Positions 40,523-54,747 of a stretch of 64,000 nucleotides of DNA are shown one piece after another. The stretch spans positions 72,602,001-72,666,000 of the forward strand of contig OX597820.1 of NCBI GenBank assembly GCA_951406725.2. Reading direction: 5' to 3'. A program made the position numbers and the translations under genes. Source of the stretch: Octopus vulgaris (lineage: Eukaryota). Within the stretch, counting starts at the first letter, position 1; the number at the start of each line of letters is the position of its first letter. Below the pieces are notes generated by a model. It saw only the letters and a program-made list of their open reading frames with translations. It searched no databases and was not told the origin of the DNA.

Positions 40523-41706
40523 TTCTAAACAGTCTCACTTCATACAACTTATTTTCTTCAATGTGAGTCAAGTGAAATCGTTGTTGTGGCCGATGCTAGT
40601 GCCGCCTGGCTGGCACCCATGCTGGTGGAACATAAAAAGCACCATTCGAGCCTGGTTGATGCCAGTGCCCTCTGACTGGCTCCCATGCCAGTTGCATGTA
40701 AAAAGTACCCACTACATTCTTAGAGTGGTCGGCGTTAGGAAGGACATCCAGCTGTAGAAACCTTGCCAGGTCAGATTGGAGCCTAGTGCAGCCTCCTGGT
40801 TTGCCAGACCTCAGTCAAACCATCCAACCCATGCCAGCATGGAAAGTGGACGTTAAACGACGATGATAATAATGATGACAATTTCTTTGAACTTTTCCTG
40901 CTTATCTTGTCATGTCAAATAAAGCTACCCACGTAATCATTTGCAACTTTCAACAAGTTATTTGCTTTATTTGTAATATAAACTTACACACTACCTCCAA
41001 ACCTTTTAATTTCAATCATCATGGTTTTTAATGTTCCCTTTTCCGTGAGTTGCTGGAGTTTATTGATACAGATTTTCTACATATGGATGCCCTTCTTGCC
41101 ACCAACCCATACTTTTTTTCCAAAGCCAGGTATGTTTTCACAGAATACGGGAAATGAATGGCATATATTTACAACAGTCACACAGTCTCTCTCTCTTATA
41201 CACACATACACACATATATATATTATGGCTTCCACTCAGATTCTATCCACCAAATCCACCAACAAGACCTTTGTTGGCCAGGAGTAATAGCAGAAGCTTG
41301 CCTATGACACCATACAGTGGAACTGAACCTGTAACCATGTGATTTGGAAGCAAACTTCTTAACCACACAGCCATGCTAGTTCAGCATTGATATTCAACAT
41401 TAAATCTGTATATATTTTTAAATGGTAATGCATTTTCAATTTGCCAAAATCTTCAAATTCTCAACATATCCAAATCTTTTCATTAGAAATATTAATCATT
41501 TTACCAAAAAAAAACAAAAAACCTTTTACCGTAAACAAAACCCTTGAGTCAAATTTTTCATAGACTGAAGATTTCTCATTCCAGTTTTTCTATAACCTAG
41601 GCCTTTGTATCTAACTTTTCTGCAAAGAATAGCATTTAATTCATCCATAGATAAACACTTTCAAATACATACATTCATACATAAATACTTACATACACAC
41701 AAACAC

Positions 41707-41737
<31 letters not shown>

Positions 41738-42894
41738 CACATACACACACATATATACATACATATATATGTACACACACACATATATATATATATATAT
41801 ACATATTTATATATATATATTTATATCTATCTATTTATATATATATGTGCATGTATATATATATGTGTATGTGTGTGTATACATACATGCATATAATATA
41901 TATCTATATATGTATATAAATATATATATATATATGCACGCACACACACATATATACAAATACATATGAAATGTATACACACATACATATACATACACAC
42001 GCACAAAAACCATGCATGCACACACCATGCACGCACACATGCACGCACACACGCACACACCACATGCACATGCATCATTATCATCATCATCATCTTTACA
42101 TTATGAGTTATTATGAACTCAACAAGCAGCGACTTTCATAAATAGAATTATTGAGTTTCTTTAAGAAAAGTTAGTGGAATGCCAGAAGTTGAAATAATTT
42201 TCAAAATTTGATTCAAAATGACACAGCTTTTGAATTGAGTCAATAACCTAGTAACAAGTAATTCTGAAATCAATACAATTTTTGATTTCTAAAGCTAATT
42301 TGTATGAATATCTATATACGTTTTGAGTGACTGTCTAAGATCAAGTTTATTTGAACACGTATCAATCAATTCAGTTATAAAATTGTCTCAATATTATCAA
42401 TATTGTTTTGATACTGTTTCTGAAATTTACCATGCTATCTCTTCCTTTTCTTATTTCTCTCTCTCTCTCTCTTTTGTTTTGGCTTTTGTCTTCTGTTTCT
42501 TATTGTTTAACCTTTTTTGTTTTACTTATTTGTTTGTTTTCTGTATTTTTCTTTTTTAAAACTAGTGAACCAGAAAATTACAGGCCATAAACATTTTAAT
42601 GGTTTCGTTATTACACTTCTCTTGGGAGGTAGAAATCAATTGGAAGATGTAATATTGTTCTCAGTATCAACAAATATTAAAATTGAATAATAAATTGGTT
42701 AGAAGTTCAGTCTTGCTTTCTATTTCATCAATAAGAATTATATTTCTATATTTGCCTCCTGACTCAGTTATTATCTCCTTCCTTTGTAAGCATGTGTGTG
42801 TATGTGTGGAGGGACATAGAGAAGAATCACATTACATGGCGTACGGAATTATAATTTTTTTTTTTTAATATCTCAAAAAAAATTTTCCTTACAG

Positions 42895-43354
42895 GTGTTC
42901 AGTTGATAAGTGTATTGAAGGTTATTTTGGAGATTTAATGTCGATATAGTCAATATATCTATAATAGCAATATGATATAAAGTAACTGTCTTCCCAGAAG
43001 CATTGATCAAATGCCATCAACCTAACAATGTCCTTGTTTTGGTCTGATCTATAGAAAAGTCAAGAGAAAATGTTGCTTCTACACTTGACTGATGTTCTAA
43101 ATAGGCTTTTATGGCTCTCAAGTCAGTTAGCCTCTTGTTCCGTATCATAACCCCTACCTTTCTTGCAACGCACACTTTAAAAATAAAAGTTTTTCTTTCT
43201 GTGCTGTGTGTCACATGCAATTTCTTGAACTGGCTGTCAAACCGTTTTTAAAATGTTCAACATATCTATTTATTGCTCACTATATTTAATATAGAATTGC
43301 TATTCTTCAATCTTCCTGTTTACTGCTTTTACAAAAGAAAAACTGATGCCTGAG
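42895..43354 (+). other. Candidate spliced exon (non-coding or 5' UTR) of a host transcript
   Basis: Repeat-free stretch bounded by acceptor TTTTCCTTACAG|G and consensus donor GAG|GTAAGT. No long ORF. Ends ATG CCT GAG. Confidence 0.4.
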
Positions 43355-44228
43355 GTAAGTAATTTTCTTATAAAAACATGGCTTAAGCAATTCTTATAAA
43401 TTCATATATAAGGTCTCTTCAGAAAATAATATCCAGTATGCTTCTTCATTGATTATATAGAATATGAAATTGTCTGTTAAGAAGTTTGTCAATGAAAGTA
43501 AAATCAGCACTATAGAATATTGGTAATCTCTTGACGACTGAAGTGTGTGAAACAGGTTCAGTTCCAGATGGCTCCTTCAGACTACTTCACCAGGCTGGCT
43601 TGAGCTTGATACATTACACTGTGATGATTGTGGTTTCGCCTCAAGTCAGTCCTAAGCAAACAGACTTATAAAGAAAAAAAATTTCTGCCATGACCATCCA
43701 GTCTGTTTTGGATATCATTGCTTTGTAAATCTTTCTTTAAGATTATCAAGAGCTGTCATTAACACGCTGGACAAAATGCTTAGCAACAATTCTTCCAGAT
43801 CTATGTTCTGAGTTCAAATTCAGAAAGGTCAACTTTGCTTTCCATCCTTTAGGGAATGCTGAAATAAATACCAGTTATGTACTGGAGTCAATGTAATCAA
43901 CTTCTTCTCCCACCTCAAATATTGCTGACCCTGTGATAAAATTAGAAAGAATTAAGATATAAAACTGTATTTCAAAGTTGAGTTCCTCAGCAGAGAAATT
44001 CCATTTTCTTTTTAATAATGAATTTCTCAAAAAACTTGTTGAGCAACTTACACATAAGCTAGAATTTGGTAGACATTGGCATTATTACAGTGCTGATCAT
44101 TGTACAAGACTGTGATGTTATGTTTCGCTTTGATAAGTAGTGGACTGTTACAGACTGGAATAATTTTTCCCTTTCACCCACCTTGTCCATCAAATAGGTA
44201 GTTATTGAACTTCAGGTCTGTAAAACCA

Positions 44229-44271
<43 letters not shown>

Positions 44272-44539
44272 ATGCCCTCTCTCCCTGTTCCATTCTCTTT
44301 TTATGCTCCCACTCTTTCTCTCTCTCTCTCTCTCCTTCTCTCTGTATTACTTTGTCTTTCTCTGACACATGAGTCTTTTTTTTCTAATGAATATCCTTTT
44401 TGTTTGTAGCACTGCTATAATATACATTGTCAATAGAACGAGAGTTATCGATGTTTAGATATGGATTTTCTTTTTCCTACTGTATAAAGAGCAACTGTAA
44501 ATATATGTATATATAACTGTGTGCTTAACCTGCCAATAT

Positions 44540-44941
44540 ATATATATACATATATATACTCCTTACTCTCTTTTATATATATATATATATATATACACAC
44601 ACATATATATTTACATACATATATACACACACGTATATATTTACATATATATATACGCATATATATATACATATATATATACGCATATATATATACATAT
44701 ACATACATATATACATATACATACATATATACATATACATACATATATATATACATATACATACATATATATGCATATATATACATATACATACATATAC
44801 ATATACATACATATACATATACATACATATATATACATATACATACATATATATATATGCATATATATATACATATATATATGAATGTATGTATGTAGAC
44901 ATGTATGTATATGTGTGTGTAAATATACATACATTTATGTA

Positions 44942-44987
<46 letters not shown>

Positions 44988-45051
44988 TATATGAATGTAT
45001 GTATGTAGACATGTATGTATATGTGTGTGTAAATATACATACATTTATGTA

Positions 45052-45091
<40 letters not shown>

Positions 45092-45120
45092 TATATACAT
45101 ATATATATACATACATATAT
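44540..45120. repeat. (TA)/(TACA) microsatellite with an internal ~110-bp-period duplication
   Basis: ATGAATGTATGTATGTAGACATG...TTTATGTATTC occurs at 44881 and 44991. Confidence 0.9.
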
Positions 45121-46436
45121 GTATCATTCTCAGAATTCTATGATTGAGAATTGCCCTTAGGAAATGAGTTATGTACACACACGTGCGCGTGCTCACAGAC
45201 ACATACACACACATACAACACACACACACACACATATTATAGATTAAGTTGTTTCCAACAAGAAATCTTGCTGTCCGAGTTGCCTATGTCTATGTCTCTG
45301 ATGGATGCTAAGGACAAATGTGCTGCTCTGTGTGAATGACAACAATAGCAATGGTGATGGCAGAAGAATGTGGCAGAATGTTGCACCTCCTGATGGGTGA
45401 CCATTATAGTTTGTGCAATCTTTCTCACAGCCGATCTCTCACCATCATGTCTTGTTGCTAGACTGGGCTTCCCATATCATTGGGTCAATCTGAGACAACT
45501 TCAAGGTGACTTTGGGGTCGTCTTCATATTACTCACACTGTTCACTCTGCGACCAGTAGAGCATGTCCAGCTGGTTGAATAGGAGATCCTTCAAGATACC
45601 CTCATTGCTCATATGCAGCACATGCCTTCCCCAGTGCTGCTGTGCTCACATGGTGACAGGCTTTATACGGTGGTGTTGCAACATGATGAGCTCTCTTTGG
45701 TGGTGATGTTGTCCTTCCAGGTATTTCCACAGATCTTCCTGTGACAGTTGCTCTTTTACTTGTTTCAGTCATTTGACTGTGGCCATGCTGGAGTACCACC
45801 TTTAGTCAAGCAAATCGACCCCAGGACTTATTCTAGCGTACTCTTTTGCCAAACCGCTAAGTTACGGGACGTAAACACACCAACATTGGTTGTCAAGCAA
45901 TGTTTGTGGACAAACACAGACATACAAACATATACACACACACATACCTATATGTATACATATATACAACAGGCTTTGGTCAGCCCAAGGCTATAGTAGA
46001 AGACACTTGCCCAGTGGGACTGAACCTGGAACCATGTGGTTGGTAAGCAAGCTACTTACCACACAGCCACTCCTACACAGTTGTATATGAAACTTTTTCA
46101 ACTTCTAAGGTAGGAGCAGTACATGGTCCATATCTCAGAGCAATAAACGAGGGTGAACAGAACCACAGCAGATTAGACACAACTCTTTCAGACATCAAAG
46201 TGATACTGTCAGACATCCAAATGATCTACTGGCCTTGCTAGTACGTGCCATGACCTTACCATTGATTCTAGTGAAAGTGTGTAGCCTCGTGGTTCAGGTT
46301 TTCAACTCACCATTGTAACTTTGGTAGCCTGATTCCCAGTAGTGCATGGTATCCTTGAGCAAGACACTTAATTTTATGTTGTTCCTGTTCACTCAACTGA
46401 CAAAAAACAAAGGTTGCAGCTGATGAATAGGAGCAA

Positions 46437-46753
46437 TCCGTCGGTTGCGATGACGAGGTCCCAGCTGGTACAATCAACGGAACAGCTTGCTCATGAAATT
46501 AACGTGTAAGTGGCTGAGTACTCCACAAACACGTGTACCCTTAACGTAGTTCTTGGGGAGATTCAGCGTGACACAGTGTGTGACAAGGCTGGCCCTTTGA
46601 AATACAGGTGCTACTCATTTTTGCCAGCTGAGTGGACTGGAGCAACATGAAATAAAGTGTCTTGCTCAAGGACACAACGCGCTGCCGGGAATTGAACTCA
46701 CAACCTTATGATCATGAGCCAAATGCCCCTAACTACTAAGCCATGTGTCTTCT
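46437..46753 (-). mobile_element. tRNA-headed SINE family D
   Basis: Reverse complement has a tRNA-like head (GGCTTAGTAGTTAGGGG...GAGTTCAATTCCCGG) and GTGTCCTTGAGCAAGACACTT. Flanked by a degenerate ATGAATAGG duplication. Confidence 0.75.
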
Positions 46754-48141
46754 GATGATAATGAATAGGTAGCAATAGAGAAAAGCTGCACCATGATTAT
46801 TCATTTGAGATGGGTTGTGTAGGTCCAGGACCATTCTCTCTCTCTCTTCGTGGTCCCAAACATTGACTGAAGGTATGGAAACCATAACGAGGAGCCACTA
46901 GGGTTGGAACAACAACTGAAAGATACCTTTCTTTTTAGAGTCTCTCCTCCTCATAATTCTAGCATCACCTGAGCTATTTTACTTACATCTGGATGTTGCT
47001 AGACGTTAAAAGTAAAATGGAAATAAATGCTGCTAACTTGATACCCACTTGCTTTTCAAACAACTAGAAGTTGTTAGTATAGCAGTTAGATGTAAGTGTT
47101 GAGCGGGTCAACATGGCATACTTTGGAGCTAAATCAAACCTACTGAAAATTCAGTACTTGGTATTACCAGCCTGTTCTTTGGTAGTTTAAGTCACTTGTT
47201 TGCAGGGAAAAGCAGACTGGTTCAAAACTAACAAGATGCTTTTATAAAGAAAGCCTAAACCTCTACTACCTATGTTGTAACTGATCTTTCATGCCCATTA
47301 TACACCATGTCTTGCTCAGTTTTTTCTTTTGCATGCTGTAGATTGTAAATGTCTACAGCAATCTTCTATGTCATGTGATGGTTGTAAATGAACATCACTG
47401 GCATACAAGCAATGTTGTCCATTCTTAGTCTTCAATGCCATCTGGCCATGGGGATATATCTGGAAGCAGGTGAGGGGTGGGAACAGGAAGGGTATCTTGT
47501 AGGAGAAAATCTACCTCAACAAATTCCATCAAGTAAGTTTGGAAAACTAGATGTTAAAAAAATGATGATGATGTTGATAATTAATACCAACACTCATACA
47601 CACACACATGCACATAACCTCACCACACACATACACATCCATATCTATTAAAATAACCATGGAACCGTTTCTTGATGTTTTGAATAAATTTAATATGCAT
47701 GTTTCAGGTGGTTACATAACAAAATGTTACACAGATATCATTCTCTTCAATCATTATGAGTGAAATCTATTGGTGCACTCGAAGTTGCCCCTATGTAGAG
47801 TAGAGTAGACAAAAAAGTCTTTCACTTAAAAAAAAACAACATTAAAACCTATAAAAAGAAAGTGAAAAAATATAGGAGAGACTATCTCCTAATATAATAA
47901 TGAGCATAGTGTTTTTATATATTTGTATATATATATATATATATATATATTTGTCCAGAATCCCACCGGACATGGAGGAGGAGAGAAAATTGTAATTCAG
48001 TGAAGGAGAAGTAGTGAGAGTAATAGCCCTGACTGAGAGGGAGTGAGAGGAGGAAAATAGCAATGAGAGAAAGGAAGAGATGATAGATGAATAAGGAAAA
48101 GTTGAAAAAAAATCAGCGTTTCAACTCTGTATGAGTATATG

Positions 48142-48179
<38 letters not shown>

Positions 48180-49566
48180 TGTGTATGTGTGTGTGTACAA
48201 GTGAAGTGTGTGAATGTTTGTATGTGTGATTATTATGTACCTTATTCATTTCTTTATTGCCCACAAGGGGCTAAACATAGAAGGAACAAACAAGGACAGA
48301 CAAAGAGATTAAGTCGATTACATCGACTCCAGCGCGTAACTGGTACTTATTCAACCGACCCCGAAAGGATGAAAGGAAAAGTTGACCTCGGTGGAATTTG
48401 AACTTAGAACGTAGCGGCAGACAAAATACCTATTTCTTTATTACCCACAAGAGACTAAACACAGAGAGGACAAATAAGGACAGATAAACGGATTAAGTCG
48501 ATTATATCGACTCCAATGCGTAACTGGTACTTATTTAATTGACCCCGAAAGGATGAAAGGCAAAGTCGACCTCAGCAGAATTTGAACTCAGAACGTAACG
48601 GTAGACAAAATACCGCTAATCATTTCGCCCAGCATGCTTGCTACCCTTGTACCTTATGAATATACAAAATTTTGTACCTTATTTATATACAAAATATTAC
48701 AATTAGTGGTCATTATTGACAGCGCTTGGTCAGCTAGTAAGTTAATAAGCATCTAAGGAAGGGGAGGAACATTTATAGATAACAATATTAAAAATGTAAT
48801 AAATGAATGAATGACTAAATGACAGGTAATGACTACAACCTTAATGAGGAAGAAAAGAAAAACATATTATACAAGACAATTTGCACTGAAACAGGTTAAG
48901 TAATGTGATCTCCTTACTGATGAATTCCAAAGAAAGGTATGGAGTCACTGCATTTCTCATTGGGTCATAACGTCTTTGAATTTCAGAAAGTATCTGTTAG
49001 GCTAATTCTCTGCTATTAAGCTGGAAGGTCATAAAAAGAACTAGTGGTAAACATTTATGCCAACTAAGATATATTACAGGATTAGTTGTGGGAATTTTAA
49101 TATCATTCGCAAAAGTAAATGGTAAAGACAAAAACACTGATGCAGACATTGATATAGGTCTAATACCGCCACATCCACGCTAAAAGTAATTAACATAACC
49201 TTAAATTAATAATAAAAATAATGATGATGGTGGTGGTGATGATGATACTGCAGCTGTTGCAACTACTACTGCTACCTCTTATCCTCCTCCTCCTAGTACT
49301 ACTTATCCTCCTCCTCCTAGTACTACTTATCCTCCTCCTCTTCTTCCTCTCCTCCTCCTACTACAATGATGATGATGATGACGATTTTAAAACAAACATA
49401 TAATTTTCTTGTTTTCTTAAACATTCTCGAGAACAATACTTTGTGCAAAACCAAAAATATGGCACCCTAGTCATAACACCAACTTGAACTCCTAACTTGA
49501 TGTCTCTTGGGGTCTCTGGGTGAGATTTGGAGTCAACTTGTACAAATACAAAGTAAAAATCAAACA

Positions 49567-49610
<44 letters not shown>

Positions 49611-49611
<1 letters not shown>

Positions 49612-50210
49612 CACCTGTTTACTGATAGACATTGCAGTCTCTACTGATCAAAATGTTGTCCAAATGTAAGTGGAGAAATTGTCAAAGTACAAAGACCTTA
49701 AATTGAAGTATTCAAGATGTGGGGCATGAAGGTAAAAACAATACCAATAATAAGTGGAGCATTGGGCAAGATAAAAAAAAATACATGAACAAAAACGTAG
49801 AAGCTATACCTGGATCCTCAACACTTCACACAATCCAAAACCTATTCCTGCAAGGAACAGCCCAAATCCTATGCAAGACACTATCAATTCAATAATACAA
49901 TCTAAACAAAACAACCAACAAACACAAGACACAATCTATACAGCAATTACCCAGGGAAATAAACTTTCACCGGCAAGTCATATAAAGAACACATTACATA
50001 CTCAATACACAACACAAGCAATGATACAACCAAAAGCTACACCACACTCCAAGAAAAAAAAAAAACATTAACACAATACAAAACCAGGAAGAGTTTTGCA
50101 CTCCCCCAATAACAGAAAAGAACACACAATGCTGAACACACAACCCAACAACATAGAGGTGTCAAAGGTGATGCAGTAGAAATTTGCCTCAAACTAACAA
50201 ATGTTGAACA
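49611..50210 (+). pseudogene. Dong/R4 RLE LINE 3' fragment 1
   Basis: Follows (AAT)n. Translates TCLLIDIAVSTDQNV...EKLSKYKDL...MWGMKVKTIPIISGALG...IQNLFLQGTAQIL. Confidence 0.8.
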
Positions 50211-50304
50211 ATTATATCTTTTATCTTTCATCTCTTACATATTTCAGTCATTAGACCACGGCCATGCTGGGGGCACTGCTTCGTGTAATAACAACAACAA
50301 CAAC

Positions 50305-50676
50305 AACAAGAGCACTCAGAGAGTGCAAACCTCCACCAAGGCAACACCTATGTTCTCTCAACAATTAGCCAGAGATGATTTTTAAAATGAGAATATCTGA
50401 AATAAACTCAACTGCTCTCACAAACGGGAATACTAAAAGTGAACCCCACTGCCCTCAAAAATTACGTAAAAAAAAAGGGGAGAAATAATTCAGAATCCTT
50501 GTCCAGTACTGGATTGATCCCAAAATCTAATCAGTTTGTGCCAGTCATGAGGTCAAACATACCTGAAAGTTTCATCCAAATCCATCCAGCGGTTCTTGAG
50601 ATATTTTATCCACAGACAAACAAACACACAACCATTACTGAAAACAATGCCTCTGCCTTCACGAAGACAGAGGTAA
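50305..50676 (-). mobile_element. Helentron-associated interspersed element (HINE/DINE-like)
   Basis: Minus strand: 5' TTACCTCTGTCTTCGTGAAGGCAGAGG hairpin/subTIR, (GTTT)n, 3' subTIR GGTGGAGGT, stem-loop GCACTC-TCT-GAGTGC, then TT. Confidence 0.7.
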
Positions 50677-50997
50677 TAATAGTAATGATGATGATGATGG
50701 TGATAAAAATAATCCTTTTTGCTGGAGGCACAAGGCTTCAAATTTGAGGGGAGGGGACTAGTCAATTACATCAACCCCAATGTTTCACTGGTACTTAATT
50801 TATCGACTCCAAAAGGATGGGCAGCAAAGCTGACCTCAGCAGAATTTGAATTCACAGTATACAGACAGACGAAATGTCGCTAAACATTTTGCCTGGCATG
50901 CTAATGATTCTGCCAGCTCACCACCTTAATAATGATAACAACAACAACAATGATAATAATAATAATAATAATAATGATAATAATAATAATAATAATC

Positions 50998-51570
50998 ATC
51001 ATCCTGAAGCTGTGACTGAGGGAGAAAATGTGTCGATTCTCTGGGACTTACCCATACATACCGACAAAACTATAAAAGCTAATAAACTGGATATTATTAT
51101 AAAAGATCAGACAAAAAAGACGTGTTTATTAATTGACATGAGTATTCCTTGCGATCACAATATAATGGCGAAAGAATTTGACAAGATCAGTAAATATAAA
51201 GACTTGCTAATAGAAATTGGGTGGCATCTCAAGGCAACTACAGTACCAGTGATTGTAGGATCTCTAGGAATGATAAAAATAACGGTACTGAAACCTATTT
51301 GAAAATGATACCAGGCTTACCATCCCTACAGGAAGTGCAAAAAATCGTGTTAACTGGAATGGCTCATGTACTGAGAAGAGCATTAAAGTGGTGAAAACAA
51401 CATCCATCCATGAATTTATTCATTTATTAATTAATTTTTTTAAATACATATTTTACCTGTGAATTTGTGTGTGTAATCTGGGAATTCATACATTGAGCTT
51501 CTCTGCCCTAGGTGTATAGAAAACACTCGGTGAGAAATGGAAGAAAATTTGAAGAAAGAAGGAAAAGAAA
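50998..51570 (+). pseudogene. Dong/R4 RLE LINE 3' fragment 2
   Basis: HHPEAVTEGENVSILWDLPIHTDKTIKANKLDIIIKDQTKKTCLLIDMSIPCDHNIMAKEFDKISKYKDL (PD-(D/E)xK-type RLE). Between (AAT)n tracts. Confidence 0.88.
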
Positions 51571-51591
51571 TAATAATAATAGTAATAATAA

Positions 51592-52200
51592 TGACAAGAC
51601 AATGTGGGGAGATATGTCTGATATGACAATGTGGCTAGATATGTCCACTGGCCATTGTGCAGTAAAGCAAACCTCGAGAGAGCTGAACAATGGTATGAAC
51701 ACAAACCAGGAGTAATGGAAAGCAAACATTACAGAATACTCTGGCATTTTAACATACAGTGTGACCAAGTCATAGAGACGAGACGGCCAGATATCGTGAT
51801 CGTCCATAAAGATGAAAAAGAAGTAAAGATAATAGATGTTGCAATACCAAGCGATTTGAGGGTGAAATGTAAGGAAACAGAAAAGAGTGAGAAATACCAG
51901 CCACTGTGGAACGAGATAGGAAAGTTATGGGGTATGAGGAAAGTAATGGTGATACCGGTGGTAATTGGAGCATTAGAAGCAGTTTCTAAGTGCTTTGAAA
52001 TATATATTAAGAATATTGGAGCTGCTGTCAGGCTCGAAGTGATCCAGAAGACAGCACTGTTGGGTACAGCTCGCATTCTAAGGAGAGTATTGTCGTTTAG
52101 TGTCACAGTAGAAGGCACTACTTGAAACCTTTGGTGTTTTTTATTGCCTGCTTTCAATTAAAGAACACCCAAAAATAGAAGAGCAAGAATCAAAACAATA
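51592..52200 (+). pseudogene. Dong/R4 RLE LINE 3' fragment 3 (open frame 51631-52125)
   Basis: DNVARYVHWPLC...ILWHFNIQCDQVIETRRPDIVIVHKDEKEVKIIDVAIPSD..KETEKSEKYQPL...IQKTALLGTARILRRVL. Between (AAT)n tracts. Confidence 0.92.
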
Positions 52201-52467
52201 ATAATAATAATAATAATAGACAGGGTCAATTACATCAACCCCAATGTTTCACTGGTACTTAATTTATCGACTCCAAAAGGATGGGCAGCAAAGCTGACCT
52301 CAGCAGAATTTGAATTCACAGTATACAGACAGACAAACTGTCACTAAACATTGCCAGATCTGACTGGCCCGGTGCAGCCTTCGGGCTTGCCAGACCCCAG
52401 TTGAACCGTCCAACCCATGCTAGCATGGAATGCGGACGTTAAACGATAATGATGATGATGATGATGA

Positions 52468-52872
52468 GGGTGTTTGAGCACCAAAGTCCAGATATAGTAA
52501 CCTTTAGGAGGGACGATGTGGCAGTGCCAGGAGATCAACATATCATCATGAAAGAAAGGGAAAAGGTTGATAGATATGGAGACCTGAGAATTGAGATCAC
52601 TAAGATGTGGCAGCAACAAGAATCGAACATAAAGGTTACTACTATTGTCATTGGAACATTGGGTTCAATACCACCCAATCTGAAAATCTTAGAAATACCC
52701 TACAATTTAGATAGATGTATTGCAAAAGTCGGCATTACTTGGAACTGCACACAATATGTAAAATACTGTCTGTCTGAGGACCTTGTTGTGATTTGACAAA
52801 CAGTACAAACTCTGGGTAGACACAATATCTTCAATCAACAACCTCACAATATTGTATACTGTGCGATGTCTA
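52468..52872 (+). pseudogene. Dong/R4 RLE LINE 3' fragment 4
   Basis: RVFEHQSPDIV...DVAVPGDQHIIMKEREKVDRYGDLRIEITKMW...IVIGTLGSIP. Followed by (AAT)n. Confidence 0.85.
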
Positions 52873-53229
52873 TAATAATAATAATGATAATTTGGTTTTT
52901 GAGAAATAAGAAATAAGTGAAATTTTACCAGTGAGTGTGTTAAATTATAAGGCACAAAAAGAAAATGACTCTCCCCAGACACAACAGAATAATAATAATA
53001 AAAGAAGAAGAAGAAGAAGAAGAAGAAGAAGAAGAAGAAGATCAACAACAAACATCAGTTGCAACAAGTACAACAATAATAAGATTAATAAACATAATAG
53101 TTCTTAGTAATTTTGGCACAAGGCCAGCAATTTTGAGAGAAGGGGCAAGTTGATTGCAACATTCCCAGTACTTGACTAACTGATTTCTTATTTTCATTAA
53201 TTTTTTTTTTTAAGATTTAATCCATCAGA

Positions 53230-54747
53230 AATAATGAAGGAAGCCAGAACAAAGGAAATTTGTTCTAAAGTACTACAGCAAGTTTTAAAATTTCAGCTGA
53301 AGTGCAGAAACATTCATGAAGGAGTTTCAAACAGATCCAAATACATGACTTACCCATCATTTGAATTAGAGCCAAGATTGAGACAGATGAGACTGGTCAA
53401 AATGTCCACAAAAACGTTCAGGAAGACCTCAGATATTTATGAGCCCTATCAAGAAAGGGTGCTGGAAATGTATTCTTTTCTAATCTAGGCATAAGGCCCG
53501 AGATATTTGGGGAGGGGGCCAGTCGATTAGATCGACCCCAGTACACAACTGGTTATAAATTTATCAACCCTGAAAGGATGAAAGGCAAAAATCAACCTTG
53601 GTGGAATTTGAACTCAGAACGTAAAGACAGACAAAATACCGCTAAGCATTTCACCCGGCATGCTAATGTTTCTGCCAGCTCACAGCCTTTGTGCTAGAAA
53701 TGTATAGCTAGAGTTCAAGTAATTCTATGTGGCAAGCAATGAAATAGGAATTTCAAAATCAATTGTCCACCATATTTTGAAGTGCTGTTTCTGGAAAACT
53801 TAAATCCCAAGAATAGCCGACGCTCTCAATGAAGACGATCTGGACTGAAGAGTGGAGTTTGGTAAATGGTAATTTTCAAGACATGTAGAAAATGTGCACG
53901 GTAGCAAGGATTTTTGGAGTGATGAGGTTTCATTTAAATTTAGTGGCTCATTTAACTGTCCCAGCTGCACTTACAGTAAATTACAGGCGAACAGGATGTT
54001 AATTTACCAGGGGTTACTGTATGGTGTTGCTTATCATCAAAAGGATTAATTGGACCTTTTTTCTTTCAGGGTACTGTGATTAGTCCCTTTTATCTGCTGC
54101 AACAATCTGTCATGCCAAGCATTCAAAAGGACTTTGAAGATATGGAGTTATATTTCCCATCAAGTTGAGGCACACCCACCACCAAAGTTGTGGTTTGGAA
54201 AAACAGTTACAGTAGAATATCATCGCTGTTCATCAGACTCGATACAGATTTTTTCATGTAAATATTTAAAATATTATGTTTATGGTACAAAACCAGCTAC
54301 AGTTGATTAATCGAGGGCAGCCATTGAATGAAAATGCACACAAATACTGAGTGATATGCTTCCTTGTGCTAGCAATTCATCAGTTTGACAACAGACCTTC
54401 ATTAAAATAATACAATTCTGTCTGTAGAATGTATTAATTTTTTTAATTTTCTACTCTAGGCACAAGGTTCAAAATTTTTTTGGGGGTGGGGAGCATTCGA
54501 TTAGATTGACCCCAGTATGCAACAAGTACTTCCTTTATCGACCCCGAAAGGATGAAAGGCAAAGTCGACCTTGGCAGAATTTGAACTCGGAACGTAAAGA
54601 CAGATGAAATACCGCTAAGCATTTCGCCCGGTATGCTAACGTTTCTGCCAGCTTGCCGCCTTCAAATTTTGAAAATGTAATGTATTTTAATAAACACTGA
54701 TTTTATAATCATTTAATGTGTGTATACAATTCTTTTGTGACACCCTG
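53230..54747 (+). pseudogene. Decayed Tc1/mariner-superfamily transposon interrupted by two family A SINEs
   Basis: EDDLD*RVEF, FWSDEVSFKFSG and [27 protein letters not shown] motifs. Right TIR ...GTGACACCCTG-TA. The first SINE has TSD GTGCT(G/A)GAAATGTAT. Confidence 0.8.

Noticed and set aside
48905-48948. CTGATGA...GAAA flanked by a CTCC/GGAG stem
   Set aside because: Stems II and III cannot form, so a chance match is likely.
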